Shown piece by piece: positions 39,546-51,657 of a DNA stretch of 64,000 nucleotides. Under the pieces are notes generated by a model. It searched no databases, was not told the DNA's origin, and saw only the letters and a list, made by a program, of their open reading frames with translations. Position numbers and translations under genes: made by a program. Each line of letters opens with the position of its first letter. The first letter of the stretch is position 1. The stretch covers positions 50,408,001 to 50,472,000 of the forward strand of contig NW_024704743.1 of assembly GCF_018977255.1 (NCBI RefSeq), written 5' to 3'. The DNA comes from Callorhinchus milii. Lineage: Eukaryota.

Positions 39546-39814
39546 AATACTACTATATAGTGTATAGTAGTATCAAGAGTATATTTATACAGTGAGTTAG
39601 GCTAAACTACTAACTCCCTGTGTAAATTTGCTGAGTCATCGGAAGAGCGTACAGCTTTCTAACTAGTACTTCCATTCGCCGACAGGCATTAAAACATGAA
39701 TCAATAATTGTGCAAGTCTATCAAACAGTTTGTGACCTAATTAACATTTTGAAACAAAAAGCAGCACATATCAAGCTTCCTGGCAAGGTGTCCATTACAT
39801 TGCATTTCACAATG

Positions 39815-39820
39815 TTTATT
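39815..39820 (-). terminator. candidate proximal poly(A) signal of ICE1 (AATAAA)
   Basis: tttatt on + strand, ~385 nt past the stop codon. Confidence 0.4.
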
Positions 39821-40204
39821 TGAAAAAATCTCTGGAGAAACTTTGTAATAAATAATGTTTCTTTTTTGACAAGGGGAATTTTTTAAAAATAATCTAAAGA
39901 CAAACTGTGTGGTACTGCATATTTAACACACACCCACAAATGTCCTTTAAACATCCTTGGAAGGTTTCGCTGAAAACCTACCTTCACATTGAAGAGATCA
40001 CCAGCACAATCCCAGGCTATATCATTTATAGGTTGGTTACTAGGAATACTTAAATGTTAATATAGGCATAAATTCCTTGGTAAAACAATTTGTGGTACTT
40101 CAATAGCTTCATGTGAAAAAGCCATATTTTACATTAGATAGCCAATAACTGATCACTTTTGAATGTTGAGACTTTCATTTCCGAAGGCTGCAGTCTTTAA
40201 GATT

Positions 40205-40392
40205 TCATGTTGTGGTGTTCAATCCTTCACAGAAAGTCTCCAGCTCTGCAATGTATTGAGACACTGAACTAGGGAGTGCTTCGATGGCTGTCGCCTTCCA
40301 ACCTTTCAGTGTCTCTAAAGCTTCCTCTAGGTTACTTGGAGCCAGCTCATAAACTGCTTGCGCAGCTGCTATCTGCACTGACCATGGGACAC
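40205..40392 (-). CDS. ICE1: ICE1 last coding exon (~19) with TGA stop
   Basis: ttacag|GT GTC..; (G)VPWSVQIAAAQAVYELAPSNLEEALETLKGWK...LNTTT*. Confidence 0.95.
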
Positions 40393-40995
40393 CTGTAAGC
40401 ATTAGATACATCTGTAACTATGATCCAAACCTATACCAATACAATCCCATACCTAGTTAGAAAGCAGGTTTCTCCTTTATTCATTGACATTAGTAATGAT
40501 TTGTGACAAATTATTTTGTCCTCCAAATACTGAATTTTCACACAAGCATTTTTCTAAACTGGGTACTAATACTATTTGCTTTCTTGTTTTCCCCCTGTTA
40601 CCATTTCAAAATTATTGTCAAGATGCAGGCCAAGCTATCCAGACAATTTTCCCTATTGGATTCAAGTCTATGTCATCTGACATTGTGCAATTTCACACTC
40701 CTTACAAGGTAACATTATGCATATACTGCATTAATAGTACGTTAAGATTTTGCTCTAACCCAATGTCTCTCCATCCTACTTATTTGGGTAAAATTCTTCT
40801 TTTAATTCTAAGAATACTATGAGTTAAGATATCACATGGCTTTTACACATTTTTCCAATTCTACTTCATTATATTTCTGGGTTTGAAAGTCATTGATTGC
40901 TAATGCTGCCTTGCAATAGAAAAAGATGTATTTTTGTAAAATTACCAAGGCCTTAATAGAGACCCGTCAATGCAGTATGCATTCTGCCAATCTGG

Positions 40996-41820
40996 GTGAT
41001 AGTTTGGCTCAGTTGGTAGCATTTTTGCCTCTGAGTCAGGAAGTTGTGGGATCAATGCCCACATTGGGACGTTAAGCTTTACAGAATGACAATCAAATGT
41101 AGTTTGAGGGAAAACACTGTATTCTTAGAATCATAGAATCTTACAGCACAGGAAGCCATTCAGCCCACCGTGTCTGTGACAACTCTTTGAAACAGCTATC
41201 CAACTAATCCCACTACCTCTGCTCTTACCCTATAGCCCTGCATTTTTTTTCTTTTCAAGTACCTATCCAATTCCCTTTTGAAATCTACTATTGAATTTGT
41301 TGCTTTCGGGCAGTGAATTCGCTATCGTAATAACTCTGTGTAATGAAAAAATTCTCCTCGTCTCCCCTCTTTTGCCAATTATCTTAAATCTGTGTCCTCT
41401 GGTTACTAACCCACCTGCCAGAGGAATCAGTTTCTCCCTATTTACTCTATCAAAACCCCTCATAATTTTGAATATCTCTATTAAATCTCATCCGAACCTT
41501 CTCTGCCCCAACTTCTTTAGTCTCTCCAGATAAATGAAATCCCTCATGCTTGGCATCTTGGAGATGCCATCGTTTGAATAAGACATTAACTGAAATCCCA
41601 TGTACCTATTTGCATCACACTATTTGAAAAGAGAAAGGGGTTTCTCCCAGTGTCTTCACCAACAATCTTCCAAATAAAATTGGTCATTCACTTCATGGCA
41701 ACTTTGTGGGACCGTAATTGGCTACTGTGTTTGTCGACAATACTATCACTATCCTTGACAACAATTCCCTACGAGGTGCTTTGGTATTATAGGAGCAATA
41801 TTAAATGCAAGGATTATTAA
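40996..41820 (+). mobile_element. SacSINE1/DeuSINE-type SINE split by a CR1 insertion (41127-41550)
   Basis: head at ~41000-41125; Deu core and tail resume at ~41555. Confidence 0.75.
41127..41550 (-). mobile_element. CR1 LINE 3' end
   Basis: MRGFDRVNREKLIPLAGGLVTRGHRFKII; (catagaat)-type tail. Related tails at 24181-24400, 45435-45680 and 46503-46715. Confidence 0.88.
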
Positions 41821-41839
41821 TAGAATAGAAATCACTTAC

Positions 41840-41938
41840 CCTCTTTCATGGATTGCTGAAGGAAAAGGTTCATCACTACAGACAGATGCTTTACTTTGCT
41901 CGTATATCCCTTTGTTATTCCATGCTTACCCAGCCGAC
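41840..41938 (-). CDS. ICE1: ICE1 coding exon (~18)
   Basis: tgccag|GT..G|gtaagt; (G)RLGKHGITKGYTSKVKHLSVVMNLFLQQSMKE; phase 1->1. Confidence 0.95.
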
Positions 41939-42237
41939 CTGGCAATTAAATCAAGCTCAGTTTAGTGCAAATATCTGACAATAATACTGGTCAGAAATGA
42001 TCCTGGTCTTAAACAAGGTCATTCGCGCTCATTTACTCAACAGATTTGAGGACTGTTTTTACTTCTGTCATTTCTGAAGAAAATAATAACTCCAATACTT
42101 TTCTGCCACCACTAGGCAAAACACATTGCGATAGGCAAACGACTGCTGGGCTTCACTGGGTAAGAAACAGCAGGTCCAGTTACAGAGATGTGGAATGATA
42201 ATATCTCATTGGTAGGGCCAATGAGGTAACCTTCTGC

Positions 42238-42390
42238 ATGTGTGTATGTGGACTGTGCGTGTGGAATATATGTGTGTGTGGTGTGAATGCGTGAGAGACA
42301 GATATATGAAAATGATGTGTGAGCGAGAGCTTGTGTGAGTGGTTTATGTAAGAGTGGTGTAAGCATGGATGTTGAAGAGTGGCGTGTGCC
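42238..42390. repeat. degenerate TG-rich low-complexity tract
   Basis: visible TG periodicity. Confidence 0.7.
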
Positions 42391-42444
42391 ATTTGTGCCA
42401 CCCGCATACTCACCCACATATTCATCAATCAAAATTGTATTATA

Positions 42445-42795
42445 TAATAATAATCCTTGCATTTGATATAGCGCCTTATCACATCTTCGAGTCGTCTCAA
42501 AGCGCTTCACAGAATATACTGTAAAGTGAATTGACTGTATATTTTGTGGGCGAAATGCGGCAACCAATTGCACACAAACAGTCGTGGATTAAGTGAACAA
42601 TATTTTTTTTTTAACAAATTATTACCTCCGGAAAAGCGATCCGGCAATCGACTTAACAACCAGGTTCCTACATACTGCGAGGTAAACAGGCGTGTGGAGT
42701 AAGGAAACTTGCCCAATGTTTCGCTCTGTCGGGAATCAAACCCGGGTCCCCCGCTTATGAGACAAGCGTTCTGAACACTGAGCTACAGGACTCCA
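42445..42795 (-). mobile_element. tRNA-derived SINE (long form) in ICE1 intron
   Basis: head ..gagctacaggactcc, central insert, tail. Confidence 0.9.
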
Positions 42796-43059
42796 TCTCC
42801 TTAAGTCATAGCAACCACAACTATACCCAGTACTCCAGAGTACAGAATACAACTTGACCATAACTTCTGAGGCTCCAAACTCAATTAAGCAATTGTACTG
42901 ATACTCCACATTTTTATAGAATCATGGGTTTAAAAAGAAGAGTTATATTTCACAATAGTATTACTTGGGTGCTTGGAATTGCACTGGGATTGATGACTAT
43001 TATTAGTGTGATTTGCGGCAGTAGCAAAGGCAAGGCAATCTTTAACCAGATGCACTTAC

Positions 43060-43166
43060 CAATAAGTCTCAGCACAGCTCCAACAGTGACATCCTGAATG
43101 TGTAGAACATATGCTTTTCCTTTTCTGCGCTTCACCCATTTATCCATCAGAGGCCACAACTCTTTA
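43060..43166 (-). CDS. ICE1: ICE1 coding exon (~17)
   Basis: tttcag|T..G|gtaagt; (S)KELWPLMDKWVKRRKGKAYVLHIQDVTVGAVLRLI; phase 2->1. Confidence 0.95.
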
Positions 43167-43987
43167 CTGAAAAGCACCACAAAAACAAGAGAGGCATTAA
43201 CCACCTTCAAGGGAAAATGAGTACCATAAATTTATCACTGAAAGTCACAGCACTGAACAGAAAATTACTATCAATGAGATACACATATTTCCCTATATTT
43301 CTGCCATTTGAATCAAACTAGAACCAAAGATGACACATTCTAAATGAAATGGGCCTTCTTCCTCCAAACCTCCCTTGTGATCAGAGAGGAAATGTTCAGC
43401 AGATGGACCATCCTTTTTTTCGAAGAATAATAGACGTCAGTGGTGAATCATGTACAATCCCTTCTCAATTGTGACTGTCAATCAGGTAGTTATGAGCAAT
43501 TTGATTTAAAAATATAAAATAGCTCTGATAGGATCATGAAGGGAATAATGGATTCTTAAGATTGACTACAAATCAATGTTCTCATAAAGGATCAGTTGAT
43601 ATAGCTACCATATACATTCTTCTAGGAAATAGCAGCCTTTAATTATATATACATATTTTATATTTGTAAATATATTACATGCATAATTTTATCTGTAAAC
43701 ATAATTAATGGGACATCCTCCCAATGTGAGACGCTATATGAATGGAATTTGTTGTTGCTGTTAATGAGAATAGTTTTATTCAATCCCTTTCTCCTGGTCG
43801 GATGACAATGGTGAAGTTTGGAGTCACTGACCTCTGATGACATCCTCATGAAAGAATCAATCATTTTACTATGCAAATCAACATTTGATTACCAGGAAAT
43901 AAATCAATGCAAAACATGTCAAGGAAAATGGCCAGGATAAGGCCTGTGAGTGGGAGTTATACGGTAACTTGCTCATCTCTGAAATAC

Positions 43988-44178
43988 CTGATGACATTGT
44001 CGTGCGTCAAACACCAGGGCTGCTGGGAACACAGGAGATCGATAGCAAAGATCAGCTCCCACATAACACTATTGAAATCCGTCCCCAATTCCTCATGAGC
44101 TTGAAATTTTATTGTGGGACTCCTCTGCATTGCCACCAAGAAACTCGAAACCAACTGACTTGCATTCAGGGGTGGATT
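43988..44178 (-). CDS. ICE1: ICE1 coding exon (~16)
   Basis: acctag|AAT..AG|gtattt; NPPLNASQLVSSFL...WELIFAIDLLCSQQPWCLTHDNVI; phase 0->2. Confidence 0.94.
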
Positions 44179-44564
44179 CTAGGTGAAGAATTTTAACATT
44201 GAAAATTTTAAGTCAACAATTTGCTTTTATGTAAGCCTCTTTACATGGAGTAGCATCTCAGAGTGCTTAACTTCATAATAATAAGTTGCATTTATTTACA
44301 CTTCTTTCAAATAAACATACATTTCAAAATACCTTGCAAAATATGATTATAAATTAAAGTGAATATTGCTATAAAGGTAAGTGTGGCAACTAATCTACAT
44401 GAGCAATTTCCCATAAACAAAGAGATTAGGGCAAACTAATTTGAGGGTATATTTTGATTTGAGGGTAATATAAACCAGGATAATATCCACATTTTTTGAA
44501 ATAGCAATGGCAGGCTGTACCTGTCCATCCACCTGAATCGCAAGATACTGTGATCCATGTAAGG

Positions 44565-44720
44565 TTGGGGAACGGCGAGATGGGTGATCTTATTGTCTTT
44601 TCTCCTCTGAAACCTAGGGTTGAATTCAGTCGCACCTCATAGGATGCAAGACTCTTCTATCTAAGCCCTTCAAGGATCTTATGTGAACTAAATTAGGCCA
44701 TTCTGAACTCAATATCTATG
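44565..44720 (+). mobile_element. ancient LF-SINE-like head fragment (related piece at ~61265-61420)
   Basis: ctttt/ttcacctctg..ggttgaattcag..cttatgtgaa resembles the LF-SINE 5' region; highly degenerate. Confidence 0.4.
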
Positions 44721-45182
44721 GGCACAGGCCCCCTCCATAAACCTGCTATAATCCAGGGTTAACCAGCACTGAACCAGAGCTCTATCAAAAAAGAGCATAA
44801 GGATGGTTGCTGCAACAATATAGGTCTTTACACCTTGTGCCTTCAGTAAAAATATGGGTGCTGATCTTTTCTTGTGGGAAGTGGGATTGCCCAGATTACA
44901 ATTGGGGTGATATGAAAAGAGAAGACTTTTTCTAGAATATTTTTTTACACACAAAATACTTTCCCTCTCGCTCCCCCAATTCAGACAGATACTATCAAAT
45001 AAGTGCTGTTGGCTGCTCTCTACTGCCTCAAGTGCAAGTTGATTAATCTGCAAATATTACCTTTTTTCACCATAAAACTAATAAAGCCACTGTTATGTGT
45101 GAAATGTTTTGGGTACTTATTACAATTCAAAAGAAAATTTACACAAAGTAGCTCTAAAGGATAACTGCAATAAACACAATAC

Positions 45183-45343
45183 CTTCTGCCAGTCGAGGTA
45201 TACGGTCAAACACTGCAAAACATCGTCTTTGGCACGTTGCCTGGCAACAACTTGCATAGCCTTGTTAAGTGGTCCCCGCATAGAGAATATATTCTTCCAG
45301 ACACTGGTGATAAATAGTATGAGTTTGTCTGAATCTGGAAAAT
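45183..45343 (-). CDS. ICE1: ICE1 coding exon (~15)
   Basis: ccccag|AT..AAG|gtattg; (D)FPDSDKLILFITSVWKNIFSMRGPLNKAMQVVARQRAKDDVLQCLTVYLDWQK; phase 1->0. Confidence 0.94.
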
Positions 45344-45859
45344 CTGGGGGGGTGTTGGATGAGGGAAAAATGAAAAGTATAATATGGATTATGATGAAAG
45401 AACTATGTTATTAAGACTTCGGGTTGGAACATGAATCACATAGGATATTACAGCACTGAAACAGATCGTTTGACCCAACTAGTCCGGCCTGGTATTTGTA
45501 CTTATTTATAAGATCTCTTCCCTCCTAATCCCCTATCCCTTACCCCTCTATTTTCTTCACCTTCATGCATATATCATTTCCTTTTAAATAAATTGATGCT
45601 CTCTGGTTCAACGGCAGCTTCTGGTAGCGAGTTCCACTTTCTCACCATCCTGTGTAAAGAAATTCCACTAAAACTCACTTTTACATCTCCTGGATAGGCA
45701 TGAGTTCAAAAGAGCATTCATTGGAAATAGAAAATGTCAGTAAAAATACAGTATTGAAAATAAATCTACTTTTACTGTGATTTTACATTGCAACGAATGG
45801 GTTAGATATGGGGCAAACCCTTTTCTAACTCAAAGATTCAGGGGCACAAATTCAGACCC

Positions 45860-46235
45860 AATAGCCTCTATGGTGCAGTGGATACAGTTGCAGCTTACGG
45901 CCAAGGAGTCCGGGGGCTTGAATCTAAATCCACGCTCAGTTTTTGGGTCTCAAGGTGAGGGTAAATTTGCTTCAGCCTTCGCTGGGTCAGGGAGGGGAAA
46001 ACCAAGAGTTCCTTCTCCTGGTCCCTCCAGCACCATCTATTGGTTGTGTGGATGTATACCAGCAAATGAGTGGAGGTCAGACAGTTGTAGCGCCTCTACA
46101 GTCAACTAGCCCGTCAATACTTAACGCCAAAGCTCACACATAAACAATAGCCACTTGGGCAGGGTATTGAAAGGCAACTTGTATTCGTTGAACAGCACCC
46201 CAGCAAGATGAGACAAGACTGGGTGCCGAGAGGCA
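45860..46235 (+). mobile_element. ancient tRNA-derived SINE, possibly MER131/MetaSINE-like
   Basis: degenerate tRNA head and a gctcacacataaacaatagccacttgggc block; family assignment is from memory only. Confidence 0.45.
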
Positions 46236-47196
46236 TAGGTTAGTAGCGAAGAAAATTTAGAAAAGGATGTTTGTAACTGGCTTGCCTGTTGGAAATGGAT
46301 GACACAATTGGCAACTGTCCACGTTCCCTATTGGGAGCAACTAGTGTGCGAATTGGCAGATCAACTCAAGGCCTAGTGCCCTTTACTGATTGGGAGTGCT
46401 GAGTGGCTTCAGATATTCATCTGTTCATATCACAGGGCATGGAAGTGCTGCAGAAGGTACGTCTGCCCACTTTTGGTGTTTCTCACGATTCCTAGTTCTA
46501 TTCATAGAATCATAGAATTATACAGCACAGAAGGAGGCCATTCGGGTCATCATGTCTGTGCCGGCTCTTTGAAAAGAACTATCCGAATCAATCCCACTGC
46601 CCCGTGCTCTCCCCATAGCCCTGCAAACTTGTCCTTCCCAAATAATTATCTACTTCTCTCTTAAAAATTGTTGTCGAATCGGCTACCACCACCCTTTCAG
46701 GCAATGCATTCCAGTCACTGGGGTATTTTCATACTGTGAGCTTACTGTTGAATTCAGTAGGACAATCAACAACAATCTAACAAGCCCATGTTATCATTAC
46801 TATACAGGAGAAGAAATCAGATTCCGAACTATACAAGAGGAGAAATCCAAATCAGATTCCGAATGATTTCCAGCATGTTTTAAAACCACAGAGAGATGTT
46901 TTACTTGGCAACAAATGCCACATTTTCTCTATTGAACAAAATAACAGGTTTCAACTCTAGTAGTTGAAACCTCAACATCATAGCATCGACAACAAAAAAA
47001 CAATTTTACATTTATATGACACCTTTCATGTCTCAAAACACTTTGCGGAGTCCGAGCTTGGAGTGGAGGACCAGAGGGCGAAAAGTGATCAAAAGAGTGA
47101 GAAAAGTGACCAAAAGTTCTTAAAGTAGGCTTTAAGGGTAGAGGCCAAACAGAACACAAAAGACATTGTATGTCTCAGGATGAGTAATTTCCTTAC

Positions 47197-47365
47197 CTTC
47201 TCTAAGAATATCAAAGCAAAGGATGCGAGCTCTTTCCAAATCCCCTTGCTGTCGGCAGATTGCTGTATAAACTCGACAAAGTGCATGTAGATAGTTGATA
47301 TCGAGAGTTAATCTCTCAGTCTTCAGTTTCTCTTGAATTGCCAGAAGTAAAGCTTCTGATAACTC
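47197..47365 (-). CDS. ICE1: ICE1 coding exon (~14)
   Basis: tggcag|GAG..G|gtaagg; ELSEALLLAIQEKLKTERLTLDINYLHALCRVYTAICRQQGDLERARILCFDILRE; phase 0->1. Confidence 0.95.
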
Positions 47366-47431
47366 CTGCCATTAAAAGAATAAACAAAGAGAACAGATGC
47401 AATGATTGATTAAAACGATATGCCAGAAGCA

Positions 47432-47900
47432 ATTCCGACTCTGGGTAAGATGGTTGTGGGCTCAAGTTCCTCCTTTGGACTTCCGGTGGTGGCAGTCTAG
47501 GGTGGCGTTGCAATACATTGTCAGAGATGCCATCTTCCATGAGACATTAAAATCAAGTCCTGCTTACCTGTTCAAGTAGGCTTCAAAGATTTCATGTCAC
47601 TATTTGAAAAAAGTCAGTTTCTCCAGTGACCTTGCCAACAATCTTCCAGATTAAATGGCCATTCACCTCAGGCCCATTTGGTGAAAGAGCAATTCATCTG
47701 GAGGATTGCTGGCCATGAGAAAGTATCTTTTTGAATGCTGTCATGGGATCTTTTAATACCCACCTGAATACAAACCAGCGCTCTCTCGATGATACACTGA
47801 ATGGTCAACCTAGACTATGAGCTTAAGTCCCAAAGTGGGATATGCGCCCACAACCATCTGAGCCAGAGGGAAGAGTAAAGCAGGCAACTTGTGTTGACAT
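47432..47900. mobile_element. two SacSINE1/DeuSINE-type fragments, inverted tail-to-tail
   Basis: + copy ~47432-47690 and - copy ~47695-47900. Further old copies at ~6240-6545, 12490-12920, 61690-62050 and 62860-63030. Confidence 0.7.
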
Positions 47901-48007
47901 CACAGATCTCAAATTTTAATTTCATTTTGTTTAAAATACCTTGCCTGTAAACGGCTTTAAGAGCACCAAATACAGTAAATGTCAAATAAGTTCAATCAAT
48001 CGGTCGG

Positions 48008-48008
<1 letters not shown>

Positions 48009-48044
<36 letters not shown>
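48009..48044. repeat. (CAAT)9 microsatellite
   Basis: perfect tetranucleotide run. Confidence 0.95.
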
Positions 48045-48046
48045 GA

Positions 48047-48514
48047 TCTACACTGTGCACGCATAATTTAATGCAACCAGTAAGTGCGCATGCAGTGATG
48101 AGTCAAAACTACATTTCCCGAGATTCACAGATCTTATCAGATAGACACTTATCAGCAAGCATTGGAATTGCGCTGAATCGCAGGAAAATTAAGTTCTTCT
48201 GCGCAAGCATCAACAGATCAAGACTAAGTTTCCTGCGTTTTGATGTAGCCAGTAAGTGCGCATGCGTCAACAGCTCAGGATGTCATTTCCCGCGATTCAA
48301 TATAGATTCAACTTAGTGAGGGAGTAATGGAGGGTAGGGGAGCGGCACTGCGAGTTAGGAGGTAAGTAATACGAGTTGTACTTTTTAGTAATGGTTTTGA
48401 TAGGAAACTGAATGGGATTTTGGTGAATGTACGACTTAGGTAATTATATGACTTATAAAGATAAGACTTATGGGAGTTTTACTGTAGATTACGCACTGTC
48501 AGCTACGTTTCTAG
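48047..48514 (+). mobile_element. putative non-autonomous Helitron (468 bp)
   Basis: A|TCTACACT...CTAG|T termini, no TSD, imperfect hairpin acgcactg-t-cagctacgt just before CTAG, CpG-richer than flanks. Confidence 0.55.
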
Positions 48515-48677
48515 TTATATTATTCTGTCAGTGTGAGCTAATGTGAGCCAGGCTGCCATCTGCAGGATGAATTCTGCATAAAATAACTAGCCTATTGAGC
48601 ATTGCTCCATTTCTGTCTGTGATTGTATAACTGTGATCAGATGTTATTATAAAGTTTAAAAAAGGGGTTGGAGGACG

Positions 48678-48960
48678 TTGGGAGGATGTCCTAAGGCGCT
48701 GGACAATCAGGGTTTCGGACCCGAACTGGGGGTCGGGATCGGGGAGGGTAGAGGGCAGGGGAGTGGAAGGAGAGTGACCGAAGGCACAGTCGAAGAGGAG
48801 GATTTTGAGACAGGTCTTGAAGGAGGCAAGGGAGGGGGCGAGGTGGAGGGACTGAGGGATGGAGTTCCAGAGGGTGGGGCAGAGTGGCTGAAGGCCCGCC
48901 CGCCAATGGTGGGGCAGGTGAGGCGGGGGACTTGAAGTAGGTGGGAGCCCGCTGAACAGA
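48678..48960 (-). mobile_element. L2 3' fragment in ICE1 intron
   Basis: TLWNSIPQSLHLAPSLASFKTCLKILLFD. Confidence 0.85.
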
Positions 48961-49780
48961 GAAAGTGTGCACATTTGCTATCAGGATTTCAAATGTAACA
49001 ATTTATATCCCAATGAACCATAATATTTGTCCTCTTTTAAATATATAGAACAGTGCTATATCTTTAGAAAACACAGTACTATTAATCAGGCAAAAGGAAA
49101 TTTACTATCTCAATTATAGCCCCAATTCCTTGCACCAGAAGGTTTTAAATCAAACAGACACCATCTGAATTAGATTTTTAGTGCAACTGAATTCAATGCA
49201 TTTGAAGGTTTCCATTCTATTAAGGACCACACAAAGATGGGTAGGTTTTGCTTTCCATCCATCACTTCCTCCTAGTTTAGCCTTCATCTAAAAAAGGTCT
49301 TTAACAATGCTGTAACTCTGGGTTTTACAATGCGGTTTCCCCAGTTACTGGTTGACACCCAGATTCTAATGTAAAAAAAAATCACTTTGATAAACAGCTG
49401 TAACTACATCACATGGAAGAAGAATATTGCTAATATTACTGATAATTTAAAGCCTGATCTGACTGGTAGAAGCTGGTTTGAAAGAATTACTCCGAAGATG
49501 GTTGCTTTTAATATATTTCTCAGCCAACTGAGTGAATTTCTGTTGTGGCTCAACATCAAGTGACGGCCAATTACACAATCCATAATTTGTTGTATAGGAG
49601 CTGATAAACTAACTGACAAAGGCAGTATATATATTGAATTGTAAAGATAATTTTGTTGTGTCTATATCGTAACTATGTCTGTAGACCAGATGACTCTCAG
49701 TAAACATTACAGGATTCTACATCTATTGCCCTAGGTTGTCATTTTAAGTTGGGAATGGCTGAATCTCAGTTTTGTGTTGG

Positions 49781-50088
49781 TAATAATAAAAATAATCCTT
49801 GCATTTGATGTAGCACTTTTCACATCTTCTAGACATCTCAAAACGCTTCACAGAATATACTATAAAGTGAATTGACTGTATATTTTGGGGCTAAATGTGG
49901 TAGCCAATTGCGCCCAGCAGTGTCCCACAAACAGTCGTGGATTGAAATGACCTATTTTATTATTTTTTTTGAGGGATTATTATCAGGCGTGTGGAGTAAG
50001 GAAAGTTGCCGAAGGTTTCACCCTGCCGGGAATCAAACCCAAGTCTCTTGCTTGCAAGGCAAGTGCTCTAACCACTGAGCTACAGGTA
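49781..50088 (-). mobile_element. tRNA-derived SINE (short form) in ICE1 intron
   Basis: same family. Tail-only copies also occur at ~1173-1300, 3170-3285, 3845-3995, 4835-4940, 15070-15177, 19823-19920, 27421-27530 and 38425-38545. Confidence 0.9.
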
Positions 50089-51657
50089 CCTTGGGGTCTG
50101 ATGTCATTTGCATCTGATGCTCAAGAAGAACCCAATCAAATACCATTATTGAACAAATAAGTGGAATATGTCTCAACAGTCCTTTGTCACCAAAATAGGA
50201 ATAAAACAAAGAGGAACGGGGAGGGGAGCATAATCCTTATTCAGCCTTGAACAATTATTGGATTTATAAGTACACAGAAGATAAAACTTTGCCTGCATTT
50301 AACCAACCAAACACTACAACAGTTTGATTAGATGTTTCGCTAATACACTCAGAAGATATGGAGAGATGGTAAAATAATATAAGCAACAGCTATTAGATAA
50401 ATAGTTATCAAATTAATAGTTTGGCTTCTATTCCGTTCCTTGGTATATTATTCCATCAAACACGTTTCGCTTTTTGAGTAAAGATGTTTCTCTTGATATC
50501 TGTTCTAAATATACTTTTTAAAAACGTATTTCGATTCATGTCTTCTGGTTTGCATTTACGTAATTTTAATTATTTAGCTAAGCCGCTTAATATTTTATCT
50601 ACTTTAAGGAGGTTTGATTTGGCACAATTCTTCAATTTGGTTTCAGAAAGGACTGCATCAAATGCAAGAATTAATGTAATATTACGATATAATTCCATGA
50701 TGGAAACTATGAGTCTAAACTAGGAGAAGCTATAACGGAAGCTAAAGGTGCAGTATAAAATCAGATTCTAGAGGCATCAATTGAGTCATGCTCCAGGAGG
50801 AGGTTTCTGAACAGAAAAGATATCAGCTGCAATATGAATCCGGTTTGTACTGCAGTCCACTGCAAACGAATTCAACTAAAAAAATATTAACTTTCAAACA
50901 TTTGTGGGAAATCTGATGGACCACTCTCAAACTTTTGAATGTTCAAAATAAGCCCTGCATTTGATCAGATCATTGATGAGCTTTGTCAGCTCTCCAACAA
51001 GATTCAAACATTAATTGGCTCTTAATACTGGTTAGCGTACATAAAGTGTTCCCCTCAGACCCCAACAAAAGGGATTTAGAGCAGCTCAGCATAAATTAGG
51101 TTACTTCTCTTTGTTGCTAGGATCAATATCAAACCTTTCCAGCAGCAGTATATACATATTATATTCTTCGTTCCCATTGTCAGTGACCTTTTTGTTAACT
51201 TTTATTCTTTAATATATAGAAGAGCATCCCTTTACACCCTAGCATCTCCGTATCTCTTTGATCTCCTACCACCCCATTCGTCTGTTCACTGCCTTAGCCT
51301 TGGCTAACTTGGGCTCGTTTCACATCCCTCGTTCTGCATGTAGCACCACCATCCTCAGCTGAGCTTTCTAAAACTAGAACACTTTCCTTTGATTCCTCCC
51401 TTTGCCCCCTCTTGATCAATCTAAGTTTTGCCTTAAAATCTACCACTTTGACCACGCTTATGTTCAGTTCCCCTTCCCCTCTGCTCGGTGTCCATCCACA
51501 GCACTGTAAAGCACTCAAGACATTATTGTACTTAACGGGTATTTATAAATGGAAGTCATTGTTGTAGTAGGCGTACCACCACCAATACACATCATTTTAA
51601 AAGGCATTGGCTCAATTGAGTTTACAACAGAAGTGACTTCACATGACCTATCCTTAC

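Noticed and set aside
50400..50730. Unusual AT-rich ORF or foreign DNA
   Set aside because: The minus strand reads FRTDIKRNIFTQK..WNNIPR..IEA, a decayed CR1 3' end
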